This document shows, piece by piece, positions 1-9,780 of a DNA stretch of 64,000 bases. Source of the stretch: an uncultured virus (IMG/VR IMGVR_UViG_2872830528_000001) (taxonomy: Duplodnaviria; Heunggongvirae; Uroviricota; Caudoviricetes); the IMG/VR virus record IMGVR_UViG_2872830528_000001; one strand, written 5' to 3'. The translations under genes were made by a program, and so were the position numbers. Numbering within the stretch: the first letter of the stretch is position 1; the number at the start of each line of letters is the position of its first letter. Under the pieces are notes generated by a model, which was not told where the DNA came from, ran no database searches, and saw only the letters and a program-made list of their open reading frames with translations.

Positions 1-135
1 GCGGGTTCGCACGGGTTCCCCCCGGTGGTGCCGACACAGACGCTCAAGGTAGCCCACCGCAAACAATGCGTGAACGACCTGCACCAGACCGTGACCGTGC
101 GCCAGGCCTAGGCACTGCAGGAGCCGGTCGGGCCC

Positions 136-321
136 TTAAGCCGCGAGCTCCTGCTTGACCTGCACCGCCTCGGTCCAGGCGGCCACGAGTACCTGATAGA
201 TCCGCTGCTCGTCCGCCGTCAGTGGCCGCTGCTCCTCGCCGGCGCGTACCCAGAGGGTACGGATGGCGTCATTGAGCGCGGCAGGGCCAGGGGCCTCTCT
301 GTGCAGGCGGGTATCAGACAT
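136..321 (-). CDS. Small hypothetical protein, paralog of 61379-61558; lies outside the prophage
   Basis: Shares ALNDAIR-L--RAGE--RPLTADEQRIYQVLVAAWTEAVQ--QELAA with the ORF at 61379-61558. Confidence 0.75.
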   Translation of the reverse strand: MSDTRLHREAPGPAALNDAIRTLWVRAGEEQRPLTADEQRIYQVLVAAWTEAVQVKQELAA

Positions 322-328
322 GCCTTCC

Positions 329-350
329 AGCGTAGGCGCCAGGTCCGACA
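329..350 (-). promoter_or_regulatory. RecA-NDp/PafBC-type DNA-damage promoter (TGTCGG-N10-TACGCT)
   Basis: Exact TGTCGG-N10-TANNNT; ATG follows 7 nt after the -10 (leaderless). Confidence 0.65.
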
Positions 351-417
351 GACCCAGCACTCCACGAGCGTGGGATCCGACACGGCCATCCCGGGAGCGC
401 CGCTGGAGAAAACCAGA

Positions 418-451
418 AGGCCCAGGTCGAGCAACGCTCTGACCTGGGCCT
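418..451 (-). terminator. Hairpin downstream of the displaced tRNA 3' end
   Basis: AGGCCCAGGTC...GACCTGGGCCT inverted repeat. Confidence 0.6.
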
Positions 452-464
452 ACGGTGACCTTCT

Positions 465-524
465 GCGAGGTCAACACGGTGGGCGCGGACGGTTTCGAAC
501 CGCCGACATCTGCTTTGTAAGAGC
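465..524. repeat. Left att site core; duplicated 3' part of tRNA-Val
   Basis: gcgaggtcaacacggtgggcgcggacggtttcgaaccgccgacatctgctttgtaagagc is identical to 62476-62535. Confidence 0.97.
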
Positions 525-568
525 CGGGTTACCGTGGCCCTGACCTGCAACCATGCCCACCACAGAGA

Positions 569-1861
569 TCATTTAGGGGAATCCTGGGGGCTGGGCTCCG
601 CCGGGGGCCAGATCTCCGTCCACCCGAGCGCCCGCATCGCGCGCTCGTAGATCTCCTGCAGCCCTTCCAGTCTCTCACGCCGCATCTCCGGAGTGGGGTG
701 CTGGTAACGGCCCTTGATGCCCGGGTACTTGTGCCCGGCCTGCTCGAACTCCAAGATCGGCTTCACCCCGATCTGCGCCTGGTATGTGTCGTGCGTATGC
801 CGCATCGCCCTCATAGTGAGGCCCGGCATGATCGGCTCCCACCCCTCCCGCTGCGCGTGCCCGCGAACCGCCGGCGCCGCAGCCCTCCCACCGCTTACCG
901 GCTTCATCACCTGCCGCCCGAAGTTGCCGCGCCTCCAGAACGCGCCGGACCGCGTCATGAAGAGCTGCGGCGTCTTCACATTCTCGAGATGCTGGTGCAG
1001 CAGCACCTCTAGGAAAGGCGGCACATCGATCCGCCGGTTGGACTCCCTCGTCTTCACCGGCTCCAGCGCGAGCACAAGAGGGCCCTTGCTGCCGTCAGGA
1101 AGGCGCTCCTGGTACTCGGCAACCTCCTCGACCACCCGCAGCACCTTGCACTCGAAGAGGCCGCCGTCGTAGTGCTCGCTGCGAGTCAGCAGGGCGTTGT
1201 CGCGGTGAAGGCCGATGCTCTCGCCCCACCGCAGCCCCGTGAAGGCGACCGTGAGGATGTGCATGCCGTCGAGAGGCCCGGCCCGGCGTGCGAGCTGAAG
1301 AACGACCTCCGGCGGCGCGTACTGGTTGCCCTTGGCCTCCTCCTTCGCCTGCAGCGCCTCCTTGGCCGCGGCGGTTCGTCGGCGTCTCCGGCCGGCCAGC
1401 GGGTTCACCAGCAAGTGCTTGGCATCCACGGCGCCGTTGAGGATCGTCGACATCAGGGACAGTGCGTGGGTGACGGAGACGTCGTCGATCGCCAGGGCGT
1501 TGGCCCACGACTCTGCTTCGTACCAGGTGATCTGGGACATCGGCACGTTCCCCCAGCGGGGGAAGATGACCGCTTCGAGGCGGTCCCAGCGCCGGGCCGT
1601 CGTCGTGCCTCGGGGCGCCTGCCCCTTCATCCATTCCCGGGCCCAGGAACCGAACGTCCGCTGCATGAGGCTGGGGTCGATCCAACGGCCCGTCCGAATC
1701 GCGGCCTCCTGGGCGTTGCCCCAGTCCTCGGCCGTCTTCTTCGTGGGGAATCCAGATGCGGTCCCCTTGGTCCCGTCGGGCTTCTTGTAGACGGCCTTCC
1801 AGGTGAACTGCTTGGTCTGCTTGCCGTTGCGGACCTTGTAGACCTTCTCCGCGTAGGCCAT
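569..1861 (-). CDS. int: Tyrosine recombinase/integrase
   Basis: N-terminal arm-binding-like region; TGLRWGE (catalytic R), RAMRHT (H/R-x-x-R), GH...RYQH (catalytic Y); adjacent to att. Confidence 0.95.
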   Translation of the reverse strand: MAYAEKVYKVRNGKQTKQFTWKAVYKKPDGTKGTASGFPTKKTAEDWGNAQEAAIRTGRWIDPSLMQRTFGSWAREWMKGQAPRGTTTARRWDRLEAVIFPRWGNVPMSQITWYEAESWANALAIDDVSVTHALSLMSTILNGAVDAKHLLVNPLAGRRRRRTAAAKEALQAKEEAKGNQYAPPEVVLQLARRAGPLDGMHILTVAFTGLRWGESIGLHRDNALLTRSEHYDGGLFECKVLRVVEEVAEYQERLPDGSKGPLVLALEPVKTRESNRRIDVPPFLEVLLHQHLENVKTPQLFMTRSGAFWRRGNFGRQVMKPVSGGRAAAPAVRGHAQREGWEPIMPGLTMRAMRHTHDTYQAQIGVKPILEFEQAGHKYPGIKGRYQHPTPEMRRERLEGLQEIYERAMRALGWTEIWPPAEPSPQDSPK

Positions 1862-1911
1862 GGTGCCTCCTCGCTTGATCCCCTGATCCAATCCTGGACC
1901 ACGAAACTGAC

Positions 1912-2118
1912 TCAGTGGCAGGGCTTGGCGGTAGCGAGAGACGGATTACCGGGCCGGGCACCGAGCGCGCGGTTGACGGCAGTCGCACCGGCGTCGGTGA
2001 GCCGGCCTTGATGGGTGAGGGATCTGTCGGCGTACACGAGGGTGTGGGCCTCACGGGAGTCCACCCACACCGATACTCCGAGCGGCAGATCGTCGACGCA
2101 GAAGACATGGACACACAT
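1912..2118 (-). CDS. Small hypothetical protein between repressor and integrase
   Basis: ORF co-oriented with cI and int. Confidence 0.5.
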   Translation of the reverse strand: MCVHVFCVDDLPLGVSVWVDSREAHTLVYADRSLTHQGRLTDAGATAVNRALGARPGNPSLATAKPCH

Positions 2119-2225
2119 CGGCACCCCACTTGTCCGATTGGTGGCCCCCAACGTCAGCGCTCAGTCATGCAACCACACTTTTGAGTCACATGTGGATGGA
2201 TTGCAAAAAGCGATCTCAACTCCTG

Positions 2226-2729
2226 CTACGAGGGGTCCGGTTCGTCCCGATAGTCGATCTCGAGCAGCTGCCCCTGCGCCTTCCGCCAGGCTTCGAGACT
2301 GCGCTCGATCTCCGCCAGACTGGCCCCCGGCTTGCCTTTCACGACGACGACCATGCTGGCGTCGTCGCCAAGCGGGATGACCGCGGTGTCGAGCAGGTCA
2401 CCCTTGCCCTTGAGTTCGTGGACGATCCGCAGCGGCAGCCCCGCGTCGACCGGAGGGCCAGTTTCCGGCGCGGGCGCGGCAATCTCCTTGAAGGTGGGCT
2501 CACCTCCGGCGAGGACGGCTTCAACGGATCCCTCCGCCCAGCCGACGCGGGTCGCGTAGGCGCGGATGCTGGGAGTGGGCTTCTTGTACTCGTTGCCGGC
2601 CTCGATGAGCTGGATGACAGAGCGGCCGACGCCGATCTCTTCCGCCATCTCTTCCTGCGTCAGGGAGACGGCGGCGGCCCTGCGAGCGTCTCGCAGTGCC
2701 TTTCCGAGGCGGGTCCAGTCCAGGTCCAT
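2226..2729 (-). CDS. XRE-family HTH immunity repressor (CI-like)
   Basis: LRDARR...LTQEEMAEEIGVGRSVIQLIEAG HTH; divergent from the cro-like gene. Confidence 0.88.
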   Translation of the reverse strand: MDLDWTRLGKALRDARRAAAVSLTQEEMAEEIGVGRSVIQLIEAGNEYKKPTPSIRAYATRVGWAEGSVEAVLAGGEPTFKEIAAPAPETGPPVDAGLPLRIVHELKGKGDLLDTAVIPLGDDASMVVVVKGKPGASLAEIERSLEAWRKAQGQLLEIDYRDEPDPS

Positions 2730-2906
2730 GTGGTCATGATGCCCTAAGTCCATGCAACCGCGAAGCCCACATCCCACGCCTTGACCTGCACTTAAGTAGA
2801 CATTTCAAGCACCGGCGGTTGCAGGGGGCGCACTGGCATATGCGTCGAGCGGGCCTGTCACTGCGTGTCACGCATAGAATCCATGCATTGAATGTAGGCA
2901 GCTTGC

Positions 2907-2936
2907 TTGCGCACGTAGGGAGGCTGTGCGTACATT
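2907..2936 (+). promoter_or_regulatory. Rightward early promoter (TTGCGC-N18-TACATT); leaderless cro
   Basis: -35/-10 hexamers; GTG start follows 6 nt after the -10. Confidence 0.55.
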
Positions 2937-2942
2937 CTGGGT

Positions 2943-3152
2943 GTGACGCCAGACGGACCCGCGATAAGGCGGGTACGCAGGGCCCAGAACATGAGCCTGC
3001 GCACCCTCCAGCAGCTGACCGGATTCGACCGCGGATACCTGTCCCGCATGGAACGTGGGCAGATTCGCAGGTCGGCGGACCACCGGGTCCGAACCATCGC
3101 CGACGCGCTTCAGGTGAAGCCCGCGGCCATCACCCAGGAGGAGAAGACGTGA
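2943..3152 (+). CDS. Cro-like XRE HTH protein
   Basis: IRRVRRAQNMSLRTLQQLTGFDRGYLSRMERG HTH. Confidence 0.9.
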   Translation: MTPDGPAIRRVRRAQNMSLRTLQQLTGFDRGYLSRMERGQIRRSADHRVRTIADALQVKPAAITQEEKT

Positions 3153-3466
3153 CCGCCCAGCCGGTGCAGAACAAGGCACGGAAGGCCACGCGAGCCGCCA
3201 AGTCCAAGCACCTTGTCAGCGTGGAAGCCGCCTCGACCACGGACCTCGCCGCGGTGGAGGCAGCCGAGAAGGCGGACCTCATCCGCTGGGACGCCGAGTA
3301 CGTCGTCAAGGAGAAGCTCCTGCCGTACAGGAGCGCCCGGGTCCTCCGGGAGAAGTGCTACAAGCGCCAGGTCTTCCACCACAACGACGGCGGCCGGATC
3401 ACCTTCAGCCCCATGTCGATCCGCGCCGAGCACGCGAGGACGCTCGTCGCTCCCCTCGCCGCCTAG
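3149..3466 (+). CDS. Putative excisionase/DNA-binding protein
   Basis: Position after cro; winged-helix-like C-terminus (RSARVLREKCYKRQVFHHNDGGRITF). Confidence 0.55.
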   Translation: MTAQPVQNKARKATRAAKSKHLVSVEAASTTDLAAVEAAEKADLIRWDAEYVVKEKLLPYRSARVLREKCYKRQVFHHNDGGRITFSPMSIRAEHARTLVAPLAA

Positions 3467-3563
3467 CGGCTATGCGGGCCGACGCCGGGCTCCTACACCC
3501 GACGACCGGCCCTCCGAGATCCACCCCTCCACCGCAATCACCTGCGAGAGAGAAGAGGACCCC

Positions 3564-3779
3564 GTGTCCAGCAACGTTAACTCCCACCCGGTTAGCGCCG
3601 GGCTCACCTCCAAGTACCGGGACGCCGCCCAGGCCGCCCACGAGAAGCACTGCGGCCGCTGTCGCGCGGCCACCGAGGCCGCCGCCGACCGCCGTAGGGC
3701 GATCGGCCGCCTCAACCGCCTCGAGCACAAGCAGCTCGGCCTGATCCTCGACATGCGCACCGAGGCGGTCTCCCTGTGA
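3564..3779 (+). CDS. Hypothetical phage protein
   Basis: RBS GAGGA; HxxxCxxC motif; coupled to next gene. Confidence 0.6.
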   Translation: MSSNVNSHPVSAGLTSKYRDAAQAAHEKHCGRCRAATEAAADRRRAIGRLNRLEHKQLGLILDMRTEAVSL

Positions 3780-3991
3780 ACACCCGCGACCTCACGAGTG
3801 TCCCCGTCCCCGCCCGCCGCGAGTATGGCGTCGCGATCCCGTTCGTCGACGTCGACGGCCCGAACGCCCTGATCGTCCGTACCGGAGCGAGCCGCAAGGC
3901 CATCACGAAGGCCGCCGCCGCGGAGGGCCCGCACGCCCTCGTGTACGAGCGCCACCTCGACTCCACCGTCTGGACGGAGGTGGCCCGGTGA
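3776..3991 (+). CDS. Hypothetical phage protein
   Basis: GTGA overlap coupling. Confidence 0.65.
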   Translation: MNTRDLTSVPVPARREYGVAIPFVDVDGPNALIVRTGASRKAITKAAAAEGPHALVYERHLDSTVWTEVAR

Positions 3992-4236
3992 TCGCCCTCC
4001 CCTCCACCCAGGTGCCCGTCCCCGACGCGGTGGCCGTGATGATCGGCCGGCAGGTCCCCGAGCACGTGCTGGACGCCGAGATCAAGGCGACGAACCAGGC
4101 CTACGTCATCAGCCTCTGCCGGAAGCCGGAGTACGCCGAGGCCCGCGAGTACGCCCTCGCCGAACTGGCCCGCGCGAACAAGACGCTCGCCAAGTACAAC
4201 CCCAAGCTCGCCGTCACCCCCGGGAGCGCGGCATGA
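3988..4236 (+). CDS. Hypothetical phage protein
   Basis: GGAGG RBS; GTGA overlap. Confidence 0.7.
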   Translation: MIALPSTQVPVPDAVAVMIGRQVPEHVLDAEIKATNQAYVISLCRKPEYAEAREYALAELARANKTLAKYNPKLAVTPGSAA

Positions 4237-4390
4237 ACGCCCGCCAGGAACCGACGCGACGCGACGACCTGCCGGAACCCACGGGTGGGCAGTGCGGCTA
4301 CAGCGACTACCACGACCCCCACGAGTGGGCCGATCAGCCGCACGTCTGGTGCCCCGGCCACAGCTACGGGACCGATGCCGAGGTGCCGGC

Positions 4391-4588
4391 ATGACCGCCG
4401 CCGACAACGCCCGCCTGGACGTACCGCTCGCCGAACTGCTGGCGGCTCTCCGCCCCGGCTGTCTCGCCGAGCAGGCCCACCAGATGGACGCCCTCGACGC
4501 CGCGTTCGCCCGCCTCGCCTGCGAGCACGGCGACCGCTGCTCCACCGCCGACACGTACCCCGACTGGACCCCTGGGAAGGCCGCATGA
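4391..4588 (+). CDS. Hypothetical phage protein
   Basis: ATGA overlaps at both ends. Confidence 0.55.
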   Translation: MTAADNARLDVPLAELLAALRPGCLAEQAHQMDALDAAFARLACEHGDRCSTADTYPDWTPGKAA

Positions 4589-5235
4589 GCAACAAGTACG
4601 CCGAGGCCGCCGACTACTTCAAGAGCGCCACAGCCGGCCACCAGGTGACCGTCCTGCACGAGGACGGCCTCTACCGCCACCTCCGCTTCCGAACCCCTGG
4701 CAACGGCAGCTCCTACGGCTACGACCTGATCACCTGGCCGTACAACCTCGTCATCCGCGGCGGCTGGACGTTCACGTTCAGCATCGACGCCACTGAGGAC
4801 ATGTTCGACCTGTTCCGTCGCACGTCCTTCCCCGGCGAGATCAACCCCAGCTACTGGCAGGAGAAGGTCACCGCCGGCCGGGACCAGATCGAGGCGTTCT
4901 CCGAGGAACTCCTCAAGAAGGAGATCGAGGACACGGTCCAGCAGTGGGAGCAGGGCTCCCCGGTGGCCGGTCTGCGGGAGGCGGTCCAGGAGCACTTCTT
5001 CGGGGAGTGGCCGGAGTACAACCTGGAGTACCGCGAGGAAGCCAACCGGGCGCTGCACGACTTCTCCTTCCGGCCGAAGGACGCCAAGCCCGGCGACTAC
5101 CCCTACGCCTTCGACGACTGGTCTGAGTGGCGCCTGACCGAGTTCTCGCCGGCCTTCCTGTGGTCCTGCTACGCCATCCGGTACGGCATCGAGCTGTACG
5201 GCGCGGCCCGCAAGACCGGGGCGGTGTCGGCATGA
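4585..5235 (+). CDS. Conserved hypothetical phage protein
   Basis: HQVTVLHEDGLYRHLRF...YDLITWP...INPSYWQEK; strong GC3 bias. Confidence 0.8.
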   Translation: MSNKYAEAADYFKSATAGHQVTVLHEDGLYRHLRFRTPGNGSSYGYDLITWPYNLVIRGGWTFTFSIDATEDMFDLFRRTSFPGEINPSYWQEKVTAGRDQIEAFSEELLKKEIEDTVQQWEQGSPVAGLREAVQEHFFGEWPEYNLEYREEANRALHDFSFRPKDAKPGDYPYAFDDWSEWRLTEFSPAFLWSCYAIRYGIELYGAARKTGAVSA

Positions 5236-5741
5236 GCTCCCACGCCAAGCGTGAAGCACTCAAGGCCAAGGGCCAGCGGCTGGCCGACACCTTCAACGCA
5301 GTCCACCCTGTGGGCACCCGTGTCGTCGCCTACCCGCTGACGCGCCCCGAGGACAACACGCCCAGCCTCTTCGAGAGGCTCGTCACCACGACCCGCACCC
5401 CGGCCTGGTCTCTCGGATGCGGAGAGCCTGTCGTGTCCGTCCACGGCTACGCCGGCGGCATCAGCCTTGAGCACGTCGACATCGACCACGACAGTCCGCT
5501 CGGCGACGGCGAGCTCCTTGCCCACACGTTGACCGTCGACAACCTGACCCGGTTCGACAACTGGCTCGACAAGCTCGGCGTCTTCGCGAAGCCCTACTGG
5601 GAGCCCGTCGATGGGAAGCTCGCCGTCACCGGACTGCGGATCGGCTCGAACTATGCAGACCGGGTGGTCGCCCGGTTCGGCGACATGATCATCCGGCGTG
5701 CCGACGGCAGCTTCTACGTCCGGCAGGCGGTGGCGTCGTGA
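5232..5741 (+). CDS. Hypothetical phage protein
   Basis: Coupled ORF; FNAVHPVGTRV start motif. Confidence 0.75.
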   Translation: MSSHAKREALKAKGQRLADTFNAVHPVGTRVVAYPLTRPEDNTPSLFERLVTTTRTPAWSLGCGEPVVSVHGYAGGISLEHVDIDHDSPLGDGELLAHTLTVDNLTRFDNWLDKLGVFAKPYWEPVDGKLAVTGLRIGSNYADRVVARFGDMIIRRADGSFYVRQAVAS

Positions 5742-5950
5742 CCTACTTCGACAACCCGGGAATGCCTACGCCGAACGAGCGGGGCACGTACTGCCCGCAC
5801 GGCGTCCTGGTCATGGGCCCGATCAGCGACAACGTCTTCATGGTCGTGGACCCGTGGCCTTGCCCGAAGCCCGGCTGCACGCGTGAGCGCTTCGAGCGGT
5901 TCATGGACGAGGCCAACGCGGAGCTGGCCGCAGCCGAGTCCGCCTCATGA
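5738..5950 (+). CDS. Hypothetical Cys-containing protein
   Basis: Coupled ORF. Confidence 0.6.
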   Translation: MTYFDNPGMPTPNERGTYCPHGVLVMGPISDNVFMVVDPWPCPKPGCTRERFERFMDEANAELAAAESAS

Positions 5951-6150
5951 CCCCGCAGACGGCGATCGTGTCCGCCCTCCTGTGCGACCTGGACGCCGCG
6001 CCCGCCCCGGTCCGGCAGACGGTCGGCGGCCCGCTCCTCCGAGCCCTTCGTGTCGTCGACCCCGACTACGCCGCCTCGCTCGCCGCTGGCCACATCGAAG
6101 ACCTCGACACGTGGGCCACACGGGTTCTGGGGCCGGAGGACGCCGCATGA
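5947..6150 (+). CDS. Hypothetical phage protein
   Basis: Coupled ORF. Confidence 0.6.
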   Translation: MTPQTAIVSALLCDLDAAPAPVRQTVGGPLLRALRVVDPDYAASLAAGHIEDLDTWATRVLGPEDAA

Positions 6151-6235
6151 CCCGGGTCTGGCTGCAGCTCGCCGCCATCACCGCCGCATCCCTCGCCCTG
6201 CTCGCGCTCGGGCGCCACCTCTCCAAGGAGCCCTC

Positions 6236-6415
6236 GTGAGTGCCTACCTGCGCTGCCCGGCGCCCCACTGCGACCACCGCGTGGCCGCGTTCGGTTCCCG
6301 GGCCGCCGAGGACATGACCGACCACCTCGTCGCCGTCCACAAGTTCCCCGAAGTCTCCGCCAGCTACCAGGCGCAGATGCTCCTCCCCATCACTGGCCCC
6401 CGCGCCGCCGCCTAG
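6236..6415 (+). CDS. Small Zn-finger-like protein
   Basis: AAGGAG RBS; CPAPHC...HLVAVH. Confidence 0.55.
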   Translation: MSAYLRCPAPHCDHRVAAFGSRAAEDMTDHLVAVHKFPEVSASYQAQMLLPITGPRAAA

Positions 6416-6477
6416 CTCGCCGGGCCCCGCGGTGAACCGACCCGCCGGCCCGGCGCACAAGCCACCAAGGAGAACCC

Positions 6478-6966
6478 GTGATCAGCACCCGCCCCACCGT
6501 CGACGCCATCGAGCCCGCCCCGGGCCTCCTCGCGTACCAGATCCCCGGCCAGACCGAGTGGCGGCTCACCCACCACTCCGGACTCGCCCTCGCCTACTGC
6601 CGCGACCAGCAGCACGCCGAGGACACGGCCCGCCTCATCGCTGGCTTCACGGACTGGACCCGGTCCGCCGACGACATCCGCGGCGACGAAACCGTCGCTG
6701 CCTCCCTCGACGAGCTGCGGTTCCTCATCAGCTACGAGGCCAGCGCCACCCTCCCCGAGCGCCACATGCCGCAGCTGCCGGCGACGTACACCGACGCCGA
6801 CATCCAGGCCGCGGCCACCTACCACCAGGGCGACACCACCGACGGGCTCGCCATCATCTCGGCCATGGCCCAGTCGTCGAAGTTCGCTGGCCTCGGCACC
6901 GACACGTTCAACGAGGCCTTCGGCAAGGTCATGCGGATCGTGCACCCCGAGCACTACGCCGCCTAG
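6478..6966 (+). CDS. Hypothetical phage protein
   Basis: AAGGAG RBS; GC3-rich. Confidence 0.75.
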   Translation: MISTRPTVDAIEPAPGLLAYQIPGQTEWRLTHHSGLALAYCRDQQHAEDTARLIAGFTDWTRSADDIRGDETVAASLDELRFLISYEASATLPERHMPQLPATYTDADIQAAATYHQGDTTDGLAIISAMAQSSKFAGLGTDTFNEAFGKVMRIVHPEHYAA

Positions 6967-7072
6967 CCCCCTCCAGACCGGCGCGTCGAGCCCCCAGCTC
7001 CGCGCCGACCAGGCCCGCCCTATCCCCCCGTTCCGGGGCGGGCCTGGTTCCTCACACCCTCAGGAGCCCTTC

Positions 7073-7318
7073 ATGGACCACGCCATCACCCTGGAAGTCG
7101 CGAACCACGTCCTGTTCCACTACGGCCGCGGCGGCTACCAGGCCGGCGGCTTCACCGAGCAGCTCATCACGACCATCGACATGGCCGACCCGGCCAACCG
7201 CGACAAGCTCGCTCTCGGCTTCCCCGAGTACGTGGCCGCCGTCGTCGCCATCAAGGGCGACCCCGACGGCGTCGCCCGCCTCACCGCCGTCGCGAACCCC
7301 GGCGAGGTGGCCGCATGA
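7073..7318 (+). CDS. Hypothetical phage protein
   Basis: AGGAG RBS; GGF..LI..I..AD..NR.KL..GFPE motif. Confidence 0.75.
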   Translation: MDHAITLEVANHVLFHYGRGGYQAGGFTEQLITTIDMADPANRDKLALGFPEYVAAVVAIKGDPDGVARLTAVANPGEVAA

Positions 7319-7409
7319 TCACCTGCCCGTGCGGCGACACCGCTGGCCCGTTCGTCCGCACCCCGAAGGGCGTCCGCTGCGAGGACTGCGTCGAGAAGAA
7401 GGTGACCCA

Positions 7410-8249
7410 GTGACCGCCGCCGGGGGCGAGGTCGAGCCCGGCCTGTACGACATCCCCGCCGAGCTGTACCACCAGGACCCCGTCCCCGGCGGCAGCCTCT
7501 CCTCCACCGGCATCCGGCGCCTCACCGACTGCCCCGCCCGGTTCAAGCACCACCTCGACAACCCCGAGCCCTACAAGCCCGCCTACGAGTTCGGCACCGC
7601 CGCCCACACCGTCGTCCTCGGCGACGGGCCCGAACTGATCGTCGTCGACGCCGCCCGCTGGGACACCAAGGAGACCAAGGCGAAGGTCGCCGAGATCCGC
7701 GCCGCCGGCAACGTGCCCCTCAAGCCCGAGGCCAAGCAGCGGATCGACGACATGGCCGAAGTCCTCGCCCGCCACACCGAAGCCTCCGAACTCTTCACCC
7801 CCGGCAGCGGGATCGCCGAGCAGTCCGCCTTCTGGCCCGACGAGCACGGCACCTGGCTCCGGACTCGCTTCGACTGGCTCCGCGACGAGGAGATCGTCGA
7901 CTACAAGAGCGCCCGGTCCGTCCATCCCGACGCCATCCAGAAGGCCATCTACCAGCACGGCTACTTCCAGCAAGACCCGCACTACCGGCGAGTGGCCATC
8001 GAACTCGGCCTCATCCCGCCGCACGGCGCCTTCAAGTTCGTGATGCAGGAGAAGGAGCCGCCGTACCTGGTGCAGGTCGTCGAGATCGACTTCCCGGCCC
8101 GCGTCATCGGCGACGAGATGAACCGCGAGGCCATCGACATCTACCGCGACTGCCAGGCCACAGGCGAGTGGCCGGGCTACAGCCTCACCACCCTGCACGT
8201 CTCGCTCCCGCCCTGGTTCGAGCGCAAGTACATCGAGGAGAACTCGTGA
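7410..8249 (+). CDS. RecE/exonuclease VIII-like PD-(D/E)XK nuclease
   Basis: YHQDP..LSSTG, FGTAAHT, RTRFDW..IVDYKS, YFQQ..HY, EKEPPY, WPGY motifs. Confidence 0.9.
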   Translation: MTAAGGEVEPGLYDIPAELYHQDPVPGGSLSSTGIRRLTDCPARFKHHLDNPEPYKPAYEFGTAAHTVVLGDGPELIVVDAARWDTKETKAKVAEIRAAGNVPLKPEAKQRIDDMAEVLARHTEASELFTPGSGIAEQSAFWPDEHGTWLRTRFDWLRDEEIVDYKSARSVHPDAIQKAIYQHGYFQQDPHYRRVAIELGLIPPHGAFKFVMQEKEPPYLVQVVEIDFPARVIGDEMNREAIDIYRDCQATGEWPGYSLTTLHVSLPPWFERKYIEENS

Positions 8250-9214
8250 GCCAGCTCCCCCCGCCCGTCCGCCGAGCACAGGCCCCGCAGGCCCCGGCCG
8301 TCGACGAGTACGACGACGGGCCGGCCACCTTCCGGCCCGCCAGCAAGGACGGCCACTACGCCCGGCTCTCCATCCAGGGGCCCTCCGGATCGGGCAAGAC
8401 GTGGACCGGACTGCACGCCGCCGCGGGCTTCGCCGAAGGGGAACGGTTCGCCGTCGTCGACACCGAACGTGGCGCCTCCGGCCTCTACGTCAACGAGGTC
8501 GGCGCCCCCTACGACGTCCTCCCCATGCGCCGGTACAACCCTCGCGGCCTCGTCAAGGCGCTCGCCGTCGCCGTCCAGGCCGGCTACCCGGTCGTCATGG
8601 TCGACTCCCTCACCCACTTCTGGAAGGGCGCGGACGGCACCCTCGACCAGGTCTCGCAGGTCGCCGACAGCAAGTACCGCGGCAACACGTTCGCGGCCTG
8701 GAAGGACGGCGGCGAGATCCAGGACGAAATGGTCGAAGCCCTCATGTCCTACCCCGGACACGTGGTCGCGACCATGAGGTCCTCGATCAAGATGGTCCTG
8801 GAGAACGGCAGCAAGACCCCGGTCAGCAAGGGGATGCTCGCCGAGCAGCGGCAGGGAATCGAGTTCGAGTTCGGGGTCGCCGCCGAACTGAACCGGGCGA
8901 ACACGATGCGGTTCATCAAGTCCCGCTGCCCCGTGTTCAACGGCCGCGAGATCGACAAGCCCGACGGCGCCCGCGACATCGCCAAGCCGTACCTCGACTG
9001 GCTGCGCGCCGGCGCCAAGGACATCGACACCACCGCCTGGGTCGACCACGCCAGTTCCGCCACCGCCACTGCGGACAGCCTCCTCGCCCTGTACCGCGAG
9101 ATCGAAGCGGCCAGCGCCCTCGCCACCCCGCTCATGCACCCCGAGACCGGCCAGCCCACCAGCCTCGGCGCCTACATCAAGGAGCGCGGACTCGCGCTCA
9201 AGGCAGCGCAGTAA
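8246..9214 (+). CDS. Sak4-like AAA ATPase (ssDNA-annealing recombinase)
   Basis: Walker A GPSGSGKT, VVDTE, DSLTHFW, QRQGIEFEF, KSRC; follows the exonuclease. Confidence 0.85.
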   Translation: MSQLPPPVRRAQAPQAPAVDEYDDGPATFRPASKDGHYARLSIQGPSGSGKTWTGLHAAAGFAEGERFAVVDTERGASGLYVNEVGAPYDVLPMRRYNPRGLVKALAVAVQAGYPVVMVDSLTHFWKGADGTLDQVSQVADSKYRGNTFAAWKDGGEIQDEMVEALMSYPGHVVATMRSSIKMVLENGSKTPVSKGMLAEQRQGIEFEFGVAAELNRANTMRFIKSRCPVFNGREIDKPDGARDIAKPYLDWLRAGAKDIDTTAWVDHASSATATADSLLALYREIEAASALATPLMHPETGQPTSLGAYIKERGLALKAAQ

Positions 9215-9242
9215 CCCCAACCTCGACCGGAAGGACATCGTC

Positions 9243-9614
9243 ATGGCCCGCCGTCTCACCGTTGCCGAGCAGCTCGCCTCCGAGGAGAAGGACATCCTCC
9301 TCGACCGCATCTCCGAGCAGTCCGGCTGGTCCCAGTTCCTCGTCATGCAGGCCGTCCTCGTCTACGGCGCCGAGCACGACACGTTCAGCTGCAACCAGCT
9401 GCGAGACGTCCTGCCCGAGTTGGGCCACGGCTTCCTCGGCGCCGCGATCAACGCCCTCCGGCAGGGCGGCATCCTGCAGCACACCGGCCAGTACGTGCCC
9501 TCGACGTCGCCGGCCACACACGGCCACCCCATCGCCCTGTGGCGATTGTCCGTCAAGGGCCTGCTGATAGCCGAGCAGCGCCGCACACGCACCCAGCAGA
9601 GGCCGGCGGCATGA
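9243..9614 (+). CDS. Hypothetical winged-helix-like protein
   Basis: RBS; VPSTSPATHGHPIALW motif. Confidence 0.7.
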   Translation: MARRLTVAEQLASEEKDILLDRISEQSGWSQFLVMQAVLVYGAEHDTFSCNQLRDVLPELGHGFLGAAINALRQGGILQHTGQYVPSTSPATHGHPIALWRLSVKGLLIAEQRRTRTQQRPAA

Positions 9615-9780
9615 GCTTCCAGGACTTCCGGCGCCGCCCGGAACGCAACTGCCTCCGAGAGCTCGCCGCCATCCGCATCCTCGACGACCTCCGCCGATGG
9701 CGAGCCGCACGAGACCTCCACACCTGCCAGGCCCTCTGGGTCCTCCCCGCACGCACACCCGACCGGAAGGAGACCGGACA

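Noticed and set aside
465..524. Second tRNA-Val gene
   Set aside because: Only the anticodon-to-3' part is present; it is the att duplication
6432..7409. Long N-terminal extensions in the ORF track (e.g. 6432-8249, 25928-28309, 42166-43827, 21855-22880)
   Set aside because: Arg/Pro-rich off-frame translations overlapping real upstream genes; starts reassigned using RBS and coupling
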